A stretch of DNA of 64,000 bases from Eutreptiella sp. 'Long Island Sound 2002'. Lineage: Eukaryota > Protista > Euglenida. Positions within the stretch are counted from its first letter, which is position 1, and each line of letters starts with the position of its first letter. The position numbers and the translations under genes are program-made. The notes under the pieces are model-generated. The model ran no database searches. It was not told the origin of the DNA and saw only the letters and a list, made by a program, of their open reading frames with translations. Below are positions 1 through 14,000 of this stretch, in pieces. The stretch lies in assembly GCA_964036045.1 (NCBI GenBank), contig OZ038378.1, forward strand, positions 156,922,001 through 156,986,000. The letters are read 5' to 3'.

Positions 1-326
1 ATGCACACCTTACGCAGCCGGCTTTTTGTCGACGACAGTGATACCAGGAACTGCCACAAGGTCTAATCGCACCTACAGATAATTAGGGTAGAAAGGGGAA
101 GATTTGCACCTGCAGCCTTCGCCAAAATGCAAGTGGTTTCTTAAATACGACCAGCAACTGCATCCTAATGGGAGCCCTTGCAGCCCTCCCAAAAAAAAAT
201 AAGGGGCGCATGCCATGAAGGCAAATGGAATCGGAAACTGGGTGCCAAGGGCCACAAAACCTATTTCCTCCACATGAATCCCATTGAAGGGCTCTGTGGG
301 CCAGCTTGGGGTTGTGGAGCTAGAGG

Positions 327-1442
327 TAGGGATGCATTGGAAGGGGGCAGATTTGGCACAAGGCCTCGGTATTAGGTATTGGAAGGGGGGAGGTACCCCC
401 CACCCCCTCCAGGGCCCCGAGCCTATGCCCAGCCCCTGTCCCCCTGACGGCAGGTGCCAGCTTCAATGGCATTTCTCTCGGGGACATTCATTGTGTGCCA
501 ACGCGGTTTTGGGTTTTGGCATTGTTCCCGGGTTTTTTCAACTTTTCATCCGATGTGCCAAAATATTGTTCCCTGGGGGGGGGGGGGGATATGTATACTT
601 TTTGAAATCTGTGTGAAAAGGCCAGTTCAGAAATGTATGGGTTGGGGGGGGGGGGGGGCAGGTGACCATAATTTTGAGCAAACAGCTGGAAATTCGACGA
701 TACACGAGACGGAGCAATGCACAGGGGTCCGCATTGTTGTCCCGTTCCACAAGGGCTGGGACTCCACTGGGGCACACGCCGCCAAATCAAGATCGATGCA
801 TGTGGCCAAGAACTCGTGCTGTGAAGCCTTCGTGGGGTGCACTTTATGATCCCAAAATTGGCTTGCAAAAGAAGCGGCCTCTGCGGTGGTCAAAATCTGG
901 TGTTCCTTGTGGGTGCATGCAAGTTGCTGTGAACCAGCTACATGAGGTTTCTCGGCCTGCTTGGCAGCATGTCGAGTGACCCGCACCCACTCCGCACCCA
1001 GAGCGAGCCCTTTTACGCACCAGAGGCTTTTGTGGTGCATCAGGGGAAGCAACGGCGCGTGGTGTGAAGTTGTATGAAGACATGGCAGCTGCCTGTCGAC
1101 AAAAAGAGGCAGTGGGAAGCACACGTGCCGTCCAAAACGGACAAAACTCTCAAACATACCGCCAGTACAGCCTGCAGACCCAGGGTGTTCCGAATGGCCC
1201 TTTTCAAGGGCTTTCCAAACATACCCCACATACCCCCCCGTACGGGACACACAGTGGGCACAAAGAAAGCAAGAAGGACAACAACCAGCAAAAACCCACC
1301 GAATTGGCGCAAAACGCGGTGTCCCTGAGAGATTTGTAACCGACAGTAACTGCCCCCAATCGCTTTGGCGACCTCATCCAACCGCCTGTCTGACCGCTCC
1401 TGGAGCCGCCTGCGAGGTGCCTTCCATTGTACTGCATCCCTG
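327..1442. mobile_element. hAT-type MITE interrupted by a nested insertion (475-1331)
   Basis: Ends TAGGGATGCATTGGAAGGG ... CTGCATCCCTG. Flanks GCTAGAGG (319-326) and GCCAGAGG (1443-1450) give a 7/8 match to an 8-bp TSD. Internal sequence matches the intact copy at 63420-63627. Confidence 0.85.
475..1331. mobile_element. Non-autonomous TIR element with 4-bp AWWT TSD (Sola1-like)
   Basis: TIR CTCTCGGGGACA / TGTCCCTGAGAG. ATTT is duplicated at 471-474 and 1332-1335. The empty site CAATGGCATTTGTAACC is visible in the 63420 MITE copy. Confidence 0.85.
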
Positions 1443-1862
1443 GCCAGAGGGCATCAAAAGCTGGCAACCGAGGCCAGCTGCTGATGGGCTTTGACAGCTC
1501 CCTGGCACCTAACAATGCAAACTGTTCAGTCTTAGGCCCCTTTAGGCTGCAGAACGTGTTACATCCAGGTAATCCCTGCTTTTCTCTAAACTTTTGCCCT
1601 TTTCTAACATTTTGGGCGTTTCATTATTAACCCTTTGCCCTTTTCCATTATTTTAGGCGCTTCATTATCCCGAAGAAAATGGACATGGACATGCATGGGG
1701 TAGTTTGTGAATGCCAACCCTTGTTTGTGCTTTCTTGCGGTGCTATCTTCAGACTGTTGTCGGTTCAGAATACTACTCCCACCCCACATACGGATTTCTG
1801 CTCCGCCCCCACCCAGCTGCTCCCATTCCCATGAAGGGGAGGTGGTTATGGGCTCTGCCCAC

Positions 1863-2036
1863 CTTGTTCCTGTGCCCCTGCCCCTCACACTTCTCTTTCC
1901 ACTCGTCCATCTTGCCCTCCTGCTGCTCCTCCTGCAACCCCTTTCCCATTTTGGGCATCAAGTTGGCCCTTTGTTGGAAGATGGCCAGCCAATGGCCAGC
2001 CTCTGTGGCCATCGTGACAGCGGTGAAACTGTCGCC
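1863..2036 (-). CDS. Possible further 3' exon of the DEAD-box helicase-like gene
   Basis: Phase-0 acceptor CTTTAG| and donor AAG|GTGGGC bound an open frame (GDSFT...EEQQEGKMDEWKEK). No recognisable motif. Confidence 0.3.
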
Positions 2037-2641
2037 CTAAAGGCCGCGGGCTGAAATGTCATTGAGCAGGGTCGTCAGCTTGCCATTCCACCTATTCCGC
2101 TGCTCCGGCTAGCCCCGAGGCATCTTGGCCCTGACACCATTCTTCTGTTTGTGCGTGTGTGCGTGCGTGCGTGCGCGCGCGCGTGTGTGTGTTGCAGGCA
2201 CACACATTGCAGCAAGAAGAAGTGGAGCGTGCAGACCGGGCTCCAGGAAGGGGCTAACAAACAGGCTGTCCCTCAATGGGGGGCCCTTCCCCTGTGGTTG
2301 TGCTGGAAGATGACTATTGCATTTGGGGCCCAAGGACCAGGCTGCTCCGTACTTGTTACGTTCTTGGCACGGACCCAAAACTCAAAGAGCAGAGCTGATG
2401 CAAATGATTTTGTTGGCGACATACAAAATGCAGGGGGATGCATGGCCCTTAGAACACTTAAAACCGAATGCCCAACATGAGCAACACAGTCCAAAATGCA
2501 ATTGGGAGCTATGGTGTCCCGGGGGCGGGGAATTGGGCCGTCTTCGATGGCTTTTGACTCTGATATGGTCCTTTGAAGATTGTGTGGCGTGGACACAATG
2601 AAGAGGGTCGAGCGAGAGAGATGGTTTGTTCAGGGACACAC

Positions 2642-2719
2642 CTGCGTGGAGCGCATGATGGCAGGGGGTTCCTTGCAACTGAACAACCACATGATGAAAT
2701 GATTTGCCAGCTCAACAAC
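2642..2719 (-). CDS. Helicase exon, C-terminal extension
   Basis: tctcag|VVELANHFIMWLFSCKEPPAIMRSTQ|GTGTGT resembles the Mss116-family ELAN.F...PP.I segment. Confidence 0.75.
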
Positions 2720-5045
2720 CTGAGACGAAATGAGGACGATGCAAACGGGCTTTGCTTGTTTTGTTGACCAAAAGGAAAGGAAACTGCGGCGTGTGCAGCA
2801 CAACCGCAGAAGCACACTGGACAAGTCGTTGGGAGGCTGAGCAGCTACCAACTGACGACACGTGGCAGGTGGGTTGATGCTTCACCCAGCACCCAGGCGT
2901 GAGACCCACACACTGACTTCCCCGCTCACACTTTGGCACCGGGAAGGGAGGGGTGGGAGGTATGCCAAGAAACAGAGCTGATCAATACTTCCCGTGCAAT
3001 GCTCTTGTTCATGTTTTGTGGGGGAAACCGCTTGTACTGTGGATGGCCAATGCTGTGCGACATCGCACACAAGCTGCTCACTGCACGTTGGGCCTTGATT
3101 GTTTCTTGTGCTGACAGGACGCACGAGTAGACATGTTGGTCTCTCTCTGGTGCCGGGTGGCAGCTCACGACGCGTGGGTGCCACTCCAACCTTGTGCCAG
3201 GTGAGCACGGGAAGGGGCTTAGGTGCCTCATCAGTGGCTTGAATGCCTACACTCCACAGGCCAGACCTGAATGATGGCTGACAGCCATGCTTGCTTCTGG
3301 CTCTGGCAAGCTGGGGCCTCCCCTCACTTGAGTGAGGGCACTCTGAGGGTGCTAGATGCCAAAGTTAGTGGGACACACCCGGGGGGGCGACTACAACTGG
3401 TCCTGATGTGACAACCCCCCAGCTATCTGTCAAAACTTGCGGGGGGGGGTTGGCGAGAGGGTGGGGGGGGGGTATTGGCAGCTTGGCTGGGGGGGGGGGG
3501 GGGGCTGCGCGCAACCCACTACTATCACATGCATACCTCAAGGGGGTGTCTGGGGGCATGGGGGTACAGAGGTATGTATGCGATAATAGCGATATCTTGT
3601 CTTTGCCCGGAAGAAAGTCTTAAGTGTCTTAAAGACTAAAGGCATAGTACCCCTCTCAACTAAGCATGGGACAAAAAATTTGGCCCCATGGCCCCCACAC
3701 TGCTATCTTTCAAAACTCGAGGGGGGGGGGGGGGGGCTGGGGGATGTTGCATACAAGGACCGGGCCCGGCCGCCCCCCCCCCCGGGGGGACACAATTGCG
3801 TCCCTCACAAACAAACCGGTTCATGAAGCTCTTGGTGCACGACTGTGCCAAGGCCGAGTTTCCGCTGCCTGTTGGCCAGACCTGACAACGTGCCTGTCAT
3901 TGTACCGGGTGCATGCACCACCGTTCCCTATTCCCACGGGAGCCTCCATCGGCCAGGAGCGCCTGCTTTGTGCGGAGTGAGGGGAGGTTCACCACATGAT
4001 TGGCAGCTGGACCCTGCCATCCTCCAGCCCGAGAAGGAGTAGTATGGGGAGAGCGAGGAAACTGAAGAAAGGGATGCAATAAAATTTTGTGGCACTGGGA
4101 GGACTTGGAACGCCCCCTCCTCTGGGCCCCACAGCCCGGAGCAATCCACCACACCCAGCTACTAACTCTCCTTCTCTGGCTGTAAGTAAATGACTGCACA
4201 ATAGATAGATCGTATAAATGTAGCATATTTGGACGCAAACAGGCCGCAAAGGGGGGCAGATATCAAACTGGAGCAAATGAAAAGAAATAATGGCACCAGA
4301 GGAAACATGTGCAGGAAACTCTTTTCTCTCTCTTTGCAGGAAATTCACAACAATTCACAACAATAATTGCACCCGGGTGCAATTTGGCCCCCCTCTCTTC
4401 AAGGAAAGGGGGGGGGGGCTTATATGTATACGGGGGGCCAGGGTCACATGCAATCAGATGGGGTGGGAAAACAAAAAAAATATGGCAACTTCTCCGAAAT
4501 GTGATAGAAACATGACGCCATGTTTGGAGTGAGAAGACCGAAAAAGTTTTGCAGCTGAATATGTGCAATTTTGACGAGTAATTCGGGTTATTGGCCCTGG
4601 CTGTGTCGTAGTGTGCGAACATGCTTGTAGCACAAACCATTGCTCGTGGCTCTCCTTTTTTGCGTTTTCCCTTGCATGCGCCTTCATTTTGTATGCTGTT
4701 AGGAGCAGTTGGCGTAGCAGATGTTAAGAAGGAATGGCGTTGTCGATGCGTCTTGGGGGCATATACTGTTCCAGCCTGCGACTGGCCTGAATTTGCAACA
4801 AAATGAGGCAAAAAACTGCAAAATGAGCTTGCTTTTTTTGCCTTGAGTTCAGCCATCTGCCAAAATGATGGAATGCCGCCATTTTTCTCACTGAAACCTT
4901 TCTTTATAATGGTAGTGGTGGTGGTGGTGCGGGGGGGGGGGGGGGGTGGTCAAAAACCCGAGCGCAAGGGGTGTGCGCAAATCAGTACAACACTTCTGGG
5001 GATGAACCCAAGGAGGGGGTACTCCATAAGGGCACAAGGGGCAGA

Positions 5046-5092
<47 letters not shown>

Positions 5093-8000
5093 GTTGCAGG
5101 TCTTTGGGGGGCTGGGGGGCTGGGATGAAGGAGCCTGTCTTTGCCGTTGTGTGCAGTCTTTGCAGGTCGCCTGGTGAAGGGGGGGGGGGGGGGCAAGGGG
5201 ACTCAGCTTGTACCTCAGAAGGATCACAACATGGCGGCGGTCATTTTGAGGCACATTATGGCAGAACCTTTTTGATGAACTTCACGCCACTTTGGTGGTG
5301 CAGGAAATCTTTGCTGTCGGGAGGGGCACAAGAGTGAGGGCTTGACCCTCCCCCAACTCTTCTCCCTGTCATTCACCACAACTCAGCGCCAACCATCGCC
5401 AATTCACCTGCCATCCCCCACTACTCCCCACTCCCCACTGAAACACAGCAACACCCTCAGCACCAATGCGGCCGAATGGAGAAAAAATCGTAGGCAGACC
5501 AAAGGTTTTCTGTGTTCAAGGACTGCTCGTTTTGCAAAGAAATCAAATGTCTTTGGAACGAGGTTGGAATGCGAGTGGAGAGGAGGGTGGAGGCGGGGAG
5601 GGGAGAGGGAAAAAGGACTGGGGCATCGATCGTGACGCGGTGGACTAATGTCCAGCCCTGAGACTTACTGGTGTGGTTTTGGTTGAAAGGTCCAGGCATT
5701 CAAGCGCGGCAATGAACACCTGCTGCTTGGACAGCCCCACTTTACTTGCCACTTCGAGATAAAACCCCAGGAAGGAGACATAGACCTGATGAGCGCAGGC
5801 GACCGTTGGAAGGAGCACACATGCGATGGGCATCACCCCAAGCAGCATTTGGGCAGCCGCTGCTGCCCAGGTCATGGGTCATCCTCGAAGTACTCTCCGT
5901 CACCGGTGCGCCGTGCGCTGGCCCTCTTGTTTGCACCATCTACGGCGGCTGTCGGCCTATGGCTTTGTTGTGACTGTCCGTACGTTGCTGGTCTGAGCTC
6001 GCGTGTACACCATCTGCTCTGTGGCACATTGGGATGCCAGCCATCTCCCCTGCCCTGCCCCAAATGCGCCTTTCACCGTTCCACCGTGAACCAATACCAT
6101 TCCTTCCCACAGAAATCGGCCTTCTTCAGACCTTCTCGCCTGCTCGTTCCCTACGGTCTGTACGAGCTGCCTCCCTCAATCAGCCACACGAAGACGAAAA
6201 CAAAAAATCTTCTAGCTTCCTTTTGCTTCAGCAGAAAATGCATACTTGATGGCAGTTGGTTGACAAACCACTGATGGTGGTGAGGGTGTTGAGTGGGCAA
6301 CAGACGAGCGTTGTTGGTGGTTAGCTGACAAAACTCTGCCGCGCTTTGCAAAGTACACATGGCGCACAAAGCGTTTTGCAATCTTTCACCTCAAAGCCTA
6401 AAAGGGGGACACAATCCAAGTGAACATCACCCAACAGCATTCTTACCATGAAAAACAACCACAAAAAACCACCATAATATCAGCCCCCTGGTCATTTGTC
6501 ACTTGCTGCAGGCCACTGTCCTGCACAGTGGTCATGGCAATGGTCTAAAGCACCATTCAAAATTTTTGGGCCTTGCAAGGGACGGAGGTTGACCAGGGCA
6601 CGGTGGCGGCACTTTCGAAGAAATCTGCGAAAAAATCCAGGAGCGTTGGGCCAATGTGCTAAACTTCACCTTTGGTGCTCCTTACTGTTGTTTCATGTGA
6701 TGTTCAAGCTGATACAAAAAAACACAGTGCTTGGACTGCTGTGCTGCACTCCCTAATCACTAAAGAAAAAGGCGTCGTCCAACCCGCAATAATCAAAATG
6801 GTAGGAGAGGATTCCACACAATCCCGCGAGGCATGTGATCCTGCGAGGCTTCTGGACAACTGTTGTTATTTCCCGGAGGCTTCATGGTTTCTGTAAATTT
6901 CTTGAGGCCTCTGGATGGTTGCTTCTTGGAGGACTAGAAAACGTTCGAAACAATGTGAACTCTGTGGGGGGAGTACTGTTGACTCGGCATGCAAAACCTT
7001 GCCAAAAGTGGAATTCGAAACGCCTTCTGAAACAAGCGTTTTGATTCCTTGTTGTAGACTGAAATGAGGGGCGCTCCCCGACGGCACTGCTGAATGAAGC
7101 AAACGGGTGGGCAACCAGCGCCCTGGCTGCGGTCGCCTGCTCTGGACAGGCGCATTTGCGGAGTTGGTGACGACCTTTAGGCTCCACTTTGGACCCGACA
7201 CTCCGCAGAACTGGCCGCAGCCAATCGCACGACTGGTCGAGGCCATGCAATCCACCTCAGACCATGCAATCCGACGCTGGGTCCCTTCCCAGACATTCAG
7301 CTACCCCAAATGCTTGGTGCCTCCATCAGGCGTGCAATCAGCGTCATCAATGGAGGTCGCTCGGTGCGGATCGCTGAGACCGGTCATGATTTGGGGCGGG
7401 TGTCAAGTTGCGACCCCTCCAAATCCCCATCCCCTGTTTCCTGAGTGCTCTATCAGCCGTGCCGTCTTCAGTGCAACAGATCTGTTGGGGTGCCAAAGGG
7501 GTGGAGTGTATATCTCTCTGGGACATTCGGTTCATGCCAACACGGAGCGACTTCACATTTTTTCAGACTTTACTCAACTTTTGGTCCAATGCACCAAAAT
7601 GTCGTCACCTTAGGGGGGGTATGTGAATGCTTTTCGAAATCTGTGAGAAAACGTCGTTTCAGAAATGTATGGGTTGGGGGGGGGGGGGTAGGTGACCATA
7701 TTTTTGAGTACTGAGGCCGAAGTTTTCGGCGTTTCAGGGTTTTCGGGCCTGAGGTTGCTGCGCACACGCGTGCCAGACACCAACTCATCGGTGTTCCCCT
7801 GGGTGCTCCGACATACTGTGGAGTTGGAGGAAAGTGAAAGGAGATAAGTGGATGCATTTTGACGTGCTGAATCCAAATATTGTGGTCGCATGTCCCAACT
7901 TGACAGCCTGTTTGAGATATTCTGCCATCTTTGATTTCTTGCACTCTGGTGAGCTTGATGCTGCAAGTTGCACCAGGCATCACCTGGGTGTCCAAGGTAG

Positions 8001-11000
8001 TTATTGGTCAAAGTCTTCAGCATATTGGGGTCTTGAGGGGACCCATGTTGCACATGTCTTCTCCACATCAAATGCAACAAATCCACCCGAATGAATTGAC
8101 CCTCATATGCCCATATGTTGGAGTAATGGGGGTAGGGGTGCGGTGCAGTATGTCTGAAACCGGACTAGAACAGGCAAAAAAAACCCAATCTGTCAACGGT
8201 AACGGCCAATTTTGAAAAAATATGGTTCCGGACCCCCCCCTAACCCATATATCTCCGAAAAGCCCTTTTCAAGGGCTTTCCGAATGTACCCCACATACCC
8301 ACCCCTTTGGGACACTCAGCGGGCACAAACGAGGCAACAATGACGGCGACCCCTGAAAACGCTCCGTGTTGGCATGTTCCTCAACGTCCCAGAGAGATAT
8401 ATGTCTCTGTTTTTGACCCCACATCGTCTTCAAGCAACCACGTCTTGGGGTGTCCCATGGGGGCAGTGTGTAAATATCCCTGCTCCAGGGGGAAACCGCG
8501 CCTGCTTTCAACTTTGCATCGTGTTCCAGCGACCACCTAGCTATTTTTGCGTTGGCGAGTCACTGTATTTGGTGGCCACACCAAATACTTTGCCCTTTGT
8601 GGACTCAGCATCCCACCATTGAGGTGGTTGTGGCGTGCCATATGAGACCAGTAAATGCACATACCTTATCTTGCTTTTGATAACAACATTCATACAAAGG
8701 AAATAAATAGTTCCCATCACAGTGAATAAAAAAATTGGACATGCATTACAGCGCAAAAAAAACCTGTTTTCACATTTTTTGAAAGTATATTCGCATTACA
8801 ACATACAAAAAGTTGGCCACATTCCACTTTCTTGTACTGGTTCTGCAAACCCCCGACCCCTGCTTCGGGATGCAGAGATTTTGAAAACCTGGGGCTCTCT
8901 GACTTGAGTATCGCAGATTCGCTGCATACTGCCCAACAAGCGTCGAACCCCATCACACCAGCCACACATTCCGAACAGAGCATAATGCAGTTACCATTCT
9001 TCTGATCAGGTTGTGGTGAGGGCTGCTGTTTAGGGGGAACCAATTTTGTGTTTTTTCCCTCAGAAAGGAACAGCCTTCAAGCCCGTCCCTCAGGCTGGCG
9101 ATTGATAGCCAAAACCACATCATAGATATTGCCTCAAGCAAGCCCTGAATGGCTGGAAGCGGGCCGTACACCTGCAGGGTACGTTCGCTGAGGTCTACAA
9201 TGGCTTTGTCCTGGACCATCTGCTTCAGCCCCCGCTGGAGTATGGCTTCGTCGCCGCTGGTCACATCTGGGGGCTGCACGTTCTTCACACCAAACGGGGC
9301 CACCTGCTCAAGATAGGCCTGTGCAGGGAAATGCAGGTAGTCTGGGTGAGCCTAAAGAGCACGAAGGGCGAACAGATGCAGAACGATGTGCACACTCATG
9401 TCTCGAACGCATAATTGCTATGATAACCTCAAAAACGACAGATCTGAGCTCACATCGCATGTGCTCAACGAGCGTGTGGGAGCAGGGCAATGTTGCAAAG
9501 AGGCTGCAAGCACCACAACAACGACGCTGCCTGTGAGATATGAGGCATCAGAACATTATCTGATGGCAAATGGTCCTGAATAGGCGCTGTTCTGCTGCAA
9601 GTCGATTGTTCACACGTTGTTCCACGTCATGCATTTTCTCATGTGCTCGTCTCCTTCCACAAATACTTGCTGTGGCATCGCAATATCCACCTTCGGCCTC
9701 TCTCTAAAAACTCAAGCCCAATCCTCGCGCAAATGCAAGCCTACATCTGACGCAACCTCCTCGAAATCGGCCAGAAGAAGCACCGTGTGATCCGGTTGGG
9801 CCAGACTCTTCTCTCCAGGCAATGGCGGCTGCTGCCCGGTGCGCACGGCATATGAACTGACTGATGCAGTCATCCCAACCTGGTAATCAGTGGCAGGGGG
9901 ACAGGACGGGGCTGTATACTGCACCAAACCCACATATGATGCACAACATGGCACCACCTCTTTGTCTGCTGCTTTGAACTCATATTTGGAGCAATTCCTC
10001 ATCTTCCGTTGGGTGTCTGATTGTTGTGTTAGCTTTCCTGACTGAAGCTGAAACAAATGGCAGGCCAAACGGATCAGAAATGACGACGTCCAGTCCCAAA
10101 GAGCGTTTCCTCGGAAAATGTCCCAGGAATCACCCACTTGACAGTCATCATGTTTTGTTGCTGTCTGCAACAAAACCAGTGAAGCATTATTCATCTGCGG
10201 GCCACTTTTGGCGCATCAGGAGGTGGAGGTCCGGGGTTTAAGTGAGGCGATGCCTAGGGCAGATTGCCTGGAAACATACCACACCGGGAATGGATCATCT
10301 GGTGGTTGCGCCGGAGGCCTGGATCTGGCCTGCCCCCCCCTCCCCCGTCTTCCTCTAGTGACAACACCATCGTGACGATAAAATCAATCTCTCTAGACCA
10401 CTTGCAGTGGGTGTGAACCACCACGCGCCTTTTTTTCAAACAATTGGCACGGGTCCGAGGGGGGTGAGGGCACCACCAGTGACGAGTTACAACAGATGCC
10501 AACTGTCGAAATAGCATCGCGCCGGAATGTGTCTGCCGTAGACTATTGTGATTGCAGTTTCTGCCTGTCATCCTGCACGCCCTTCTTATTCTGTGCATCA
10601 TGTTGTGCCCCTACATGCACAAAAATGTTTGCCTTCTTCATCTCCTCTTTCTTTTGGCAGCGGAGACAATCACTGAAACATGGACCTGTGCGCTGTCCGT
10701 ACCTGTGCGAATGGGCGATTGGGTATCCAGTGCAATCCTACTCCAAATGCAGTTCTGACGGTGCGTGACGGCCGAAACGTAGTCAGACTAAGATGCACCG
10801 TGAGGCAGAATTGACCAAGGTGCTGCCGCTGTAGCTGTCGCGGCCGTTCAGCTGGGCCTTCCTCAAGAACCACCTATAATCCCTTTGCCATGTTCGTTTC
10901 GAGTTTCAAAGGGATGCATCGACACCATCTCATTGCCAAACAGAGTAGGGAGCAGGTCAAGTTTGATCTCCTGCACTCAATTGCATCTGCATGGCCAACA

Positions 11001-14000
11001 CATCTAGTGTTGGGTATGGGTTCAAATGAAGAGCAGGCTTGCCACTTTCGCTGGGGCTGGAATGGAAGGGCTGACTCCTACTGAGTCATGCATCGGATCG
11101 GGGTGATCCCTACTGAGTGACGGCTGTGACCGGGCGAAGCATTGGTGGGCAAGTGCAGGAGATGAGGGTATGACGGTGAGTCCTAGCCAGTGTCAGTTTC
11201 CGGGCAATTTCCAGTACAAATCTTGACCATGCATCAATCCCTTGCACTGCTCAGTGATGCCCAGCCCCATCACATTAATGACTGCCGCATGGCACGTGTG
11301 AGTACAATCGCCATAGAGCGTCACTCCCCAAACATCCGTGTCCCAGTGTCTGAATTGCACCCGATAAAAATGTGGTCGGGGAAAGGAGATGCACGCAGGA
11401 ACGGCCAACCTGAATGACGCACGACACTTCCCCATAGCTGAGCCCTTTTGCAGGCACCTCTGTGGCAAACAGTATCACGTTCTTTCCTGTTGAAGTAGAA
11501 TGAGACAGGCGGTGGGTCGGGGCAACCAGAACCTCACCTCTTGCTCTCTCTGCCCACTTTGTCCCTCGTTGTGGTTGCTCATACTCCCATTAGCACAGGT
11601 TGTGCATGCCTAGATGCCACATGCTTCTGACAACGCGACTGTTGATGTATTGACATGGACTTTGCTTGAAGGACTTCGGAATTGGGGTGCGATTCGGGAT
11701 GGGAGTATCACAGTGCAAAATGAGCTGGAACGGACTGAAGTAGCGCCCTCTCCTGCGGGAGCATTGGGTGCGCCGGGGATCAGGCCACATTAGAAACTGA
11801 GTTTCGCACACTTCTGCAGCACCGAATTCAGCTGCAACGAGATGTCACAAGGCCAAGATAGAAAGGCTCGGGACAGACTTCCGAGGCAGGCTGCCGAGAG
11901 ATGTCTGTGAAGCACACAACGTGTCGCAAGGCAGCCCCCCCCCCCCCCACGGGGAACAGCACAACATCCAGGTCAGCAATAGAGGGAAACTGACAGCTCC
12001 AGGAGATGGGGTCACCACGCAAAAGAGCAACAGAAGTGGGGTCACACATACAGAGCGGTGCACGGAACTGCAGAATGCAAAACGCAGCGAGGCCGGAAGC
12101 CAGCGCCACTTTCCATCCCTCTGCCACCCCACCTCCATGTCACGCAACAAACTGAACCCATCCCATACCTTGGCGGAACTGTTCGGTGACTTGCGCCCGG
12201 TGAGCAAACGACTTCCGGCGATGGGTCTCCAACACTGGAATTCCCATTCCTTTGAACAATTCTGCCATCACTTGAGTCAAGCGACTTGTTGCGAAATACA
12301 CGACGATCTTGTACGGGGGACGCTGTGCACCAAGCCAAAAAGCTCAGCAGGGGATTGAGTAGCACATGGCAAGGGCATGACAAGGAGCCAAGACAATAAC
12401 AAATTGGATAAGTGGTCCTTCACCGATCCCAAATGTACTGCGGGGCCCCATGATGCAACGCTTCCATAGCCTTTAGCCAGGTCCTTCTTGTAATGAGGGG
12501 TGGAGAGCAAGCGTATGGGCGAATGAATCGTCTTCAACACCACCAGTCCCATCCTCTGGAGGAGTCCCGATCAAATCCAAAAATCCAACTGGCGCTTGTA
12601 GATGCCCAACATCAACAATCCAACCCATCCTCTTGTGAGGGCCCGCCCGGTTCCTGGCCTGCCTAAAAAGCAGGCCTTCTGACCCAAGACGACGAAACAG
12701 GCGAATGGGGGCGGTGAGGTGGGCCACAGCGGCCTGAAAATAGCTGGAAGCCCACTGCAGGCCGATAGCAGCTGCTATAGGCAAATATATTGGTATCACC
12801 GCTGATCTCCCGGCAAAAATGTGCCTTTTGGTCGGGGGGTTGTCGGGGGAGATCGAGAAAAATACTCCTCAGAAGATTCTGGAGCCTCGCAAAAAAACAA
12901 CCCAATCTTCTCAATGGCTAAATGCCCACACACTGCCCACACGACATCCCCTCACAGGGCCCCCAGACATCCGCAGACTGCCTCTGGAACGCCACCACAC
13001 ACTGCCCCCCCTGTACACGGGATTACGGACGGCTCTTCCCATATCTGCAGGCCCGCCCCTTTCGATGTGACGACCTCTGCAAAGCAGTCATGCGTGAAAG
13101 AAAACCGATGCATTCAAGCATGGCCTTATGCCGTGGGTGCACAACCTGAATCTCTTCTCGCAGTAACGACATCAGCATGGGCCAGACCTCCATCCCTGGC
13201 ACCAAAATTGCCCTCTGCCGGACAGCCACATTGCTCACTGCCGCAGCACTGTTCGATTGCTTGATGACCTGCATATTGTCTGCAGGCACACACATTCCAT
13301 GGGATAATATGGGCTCATGGCACACTTGGGTTGGGGCTGAGTGTAAAGGCAGACACACGGGCAGAACTGAGGCGTGTAGCAAAAGATCTGCAAACCAAAC
13401 CTCAGCATGCATGCAGCCATGGCGGTCCTGAAAACCCAGCATTGCAGTGACTGAGGACCGCTCAGAGCAGGTTTAGCCAAGAGATAGACAGGGCGCATGT
13501 GTTCTAATTTGCAGAAAATGTGGTAAAATATGACAAGAAAGAAAGGAAGGAAAAGGAAATGCGACGACCAGGCACTGGCAAATGGAAATGATCCCATCAG
13601 TATCCCTCCATTTCCTTGCGTTTACCAACCCCAACACTGCCAAACACATTCACCAGGGCATTGTCAAAAACCGAGTAGACTGGTTGGCTCTTGGGTTTTC
13701 TTCATTGTTTGGTAGAATCCATCACACCAGTTTCATTGGAACCTTCTGAGGAGCATCTTAGCTTGCGACACAACATGTGAAAAGTCCTGCACATCAGACG
13801 AACAATCTTGTGGATAGAAATTGCGATTTTCAGGCAAAGAAAAGGCCACAATCGGGTTCATGTGGTCCAAAAACACCGCCGTTGGTATCGGAGAATGTTC
13901 TTGCGCTTTCAGAAAAAGTTGGTTTTCACCCGTTCGCAAGGGCACAAGGGACCGGGCCCAGCCACCCTCATGAATTCTCCTGAGCTTTAATTCTTCATCG

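Noticed and set aside
9880-10194. 5' part of ORF 9712-10194 as helicase coding sequence
   Set aside because: Motif V is supplied by exon 11486-11410, which splices in phase to 9879, so the upstream part is intronic.
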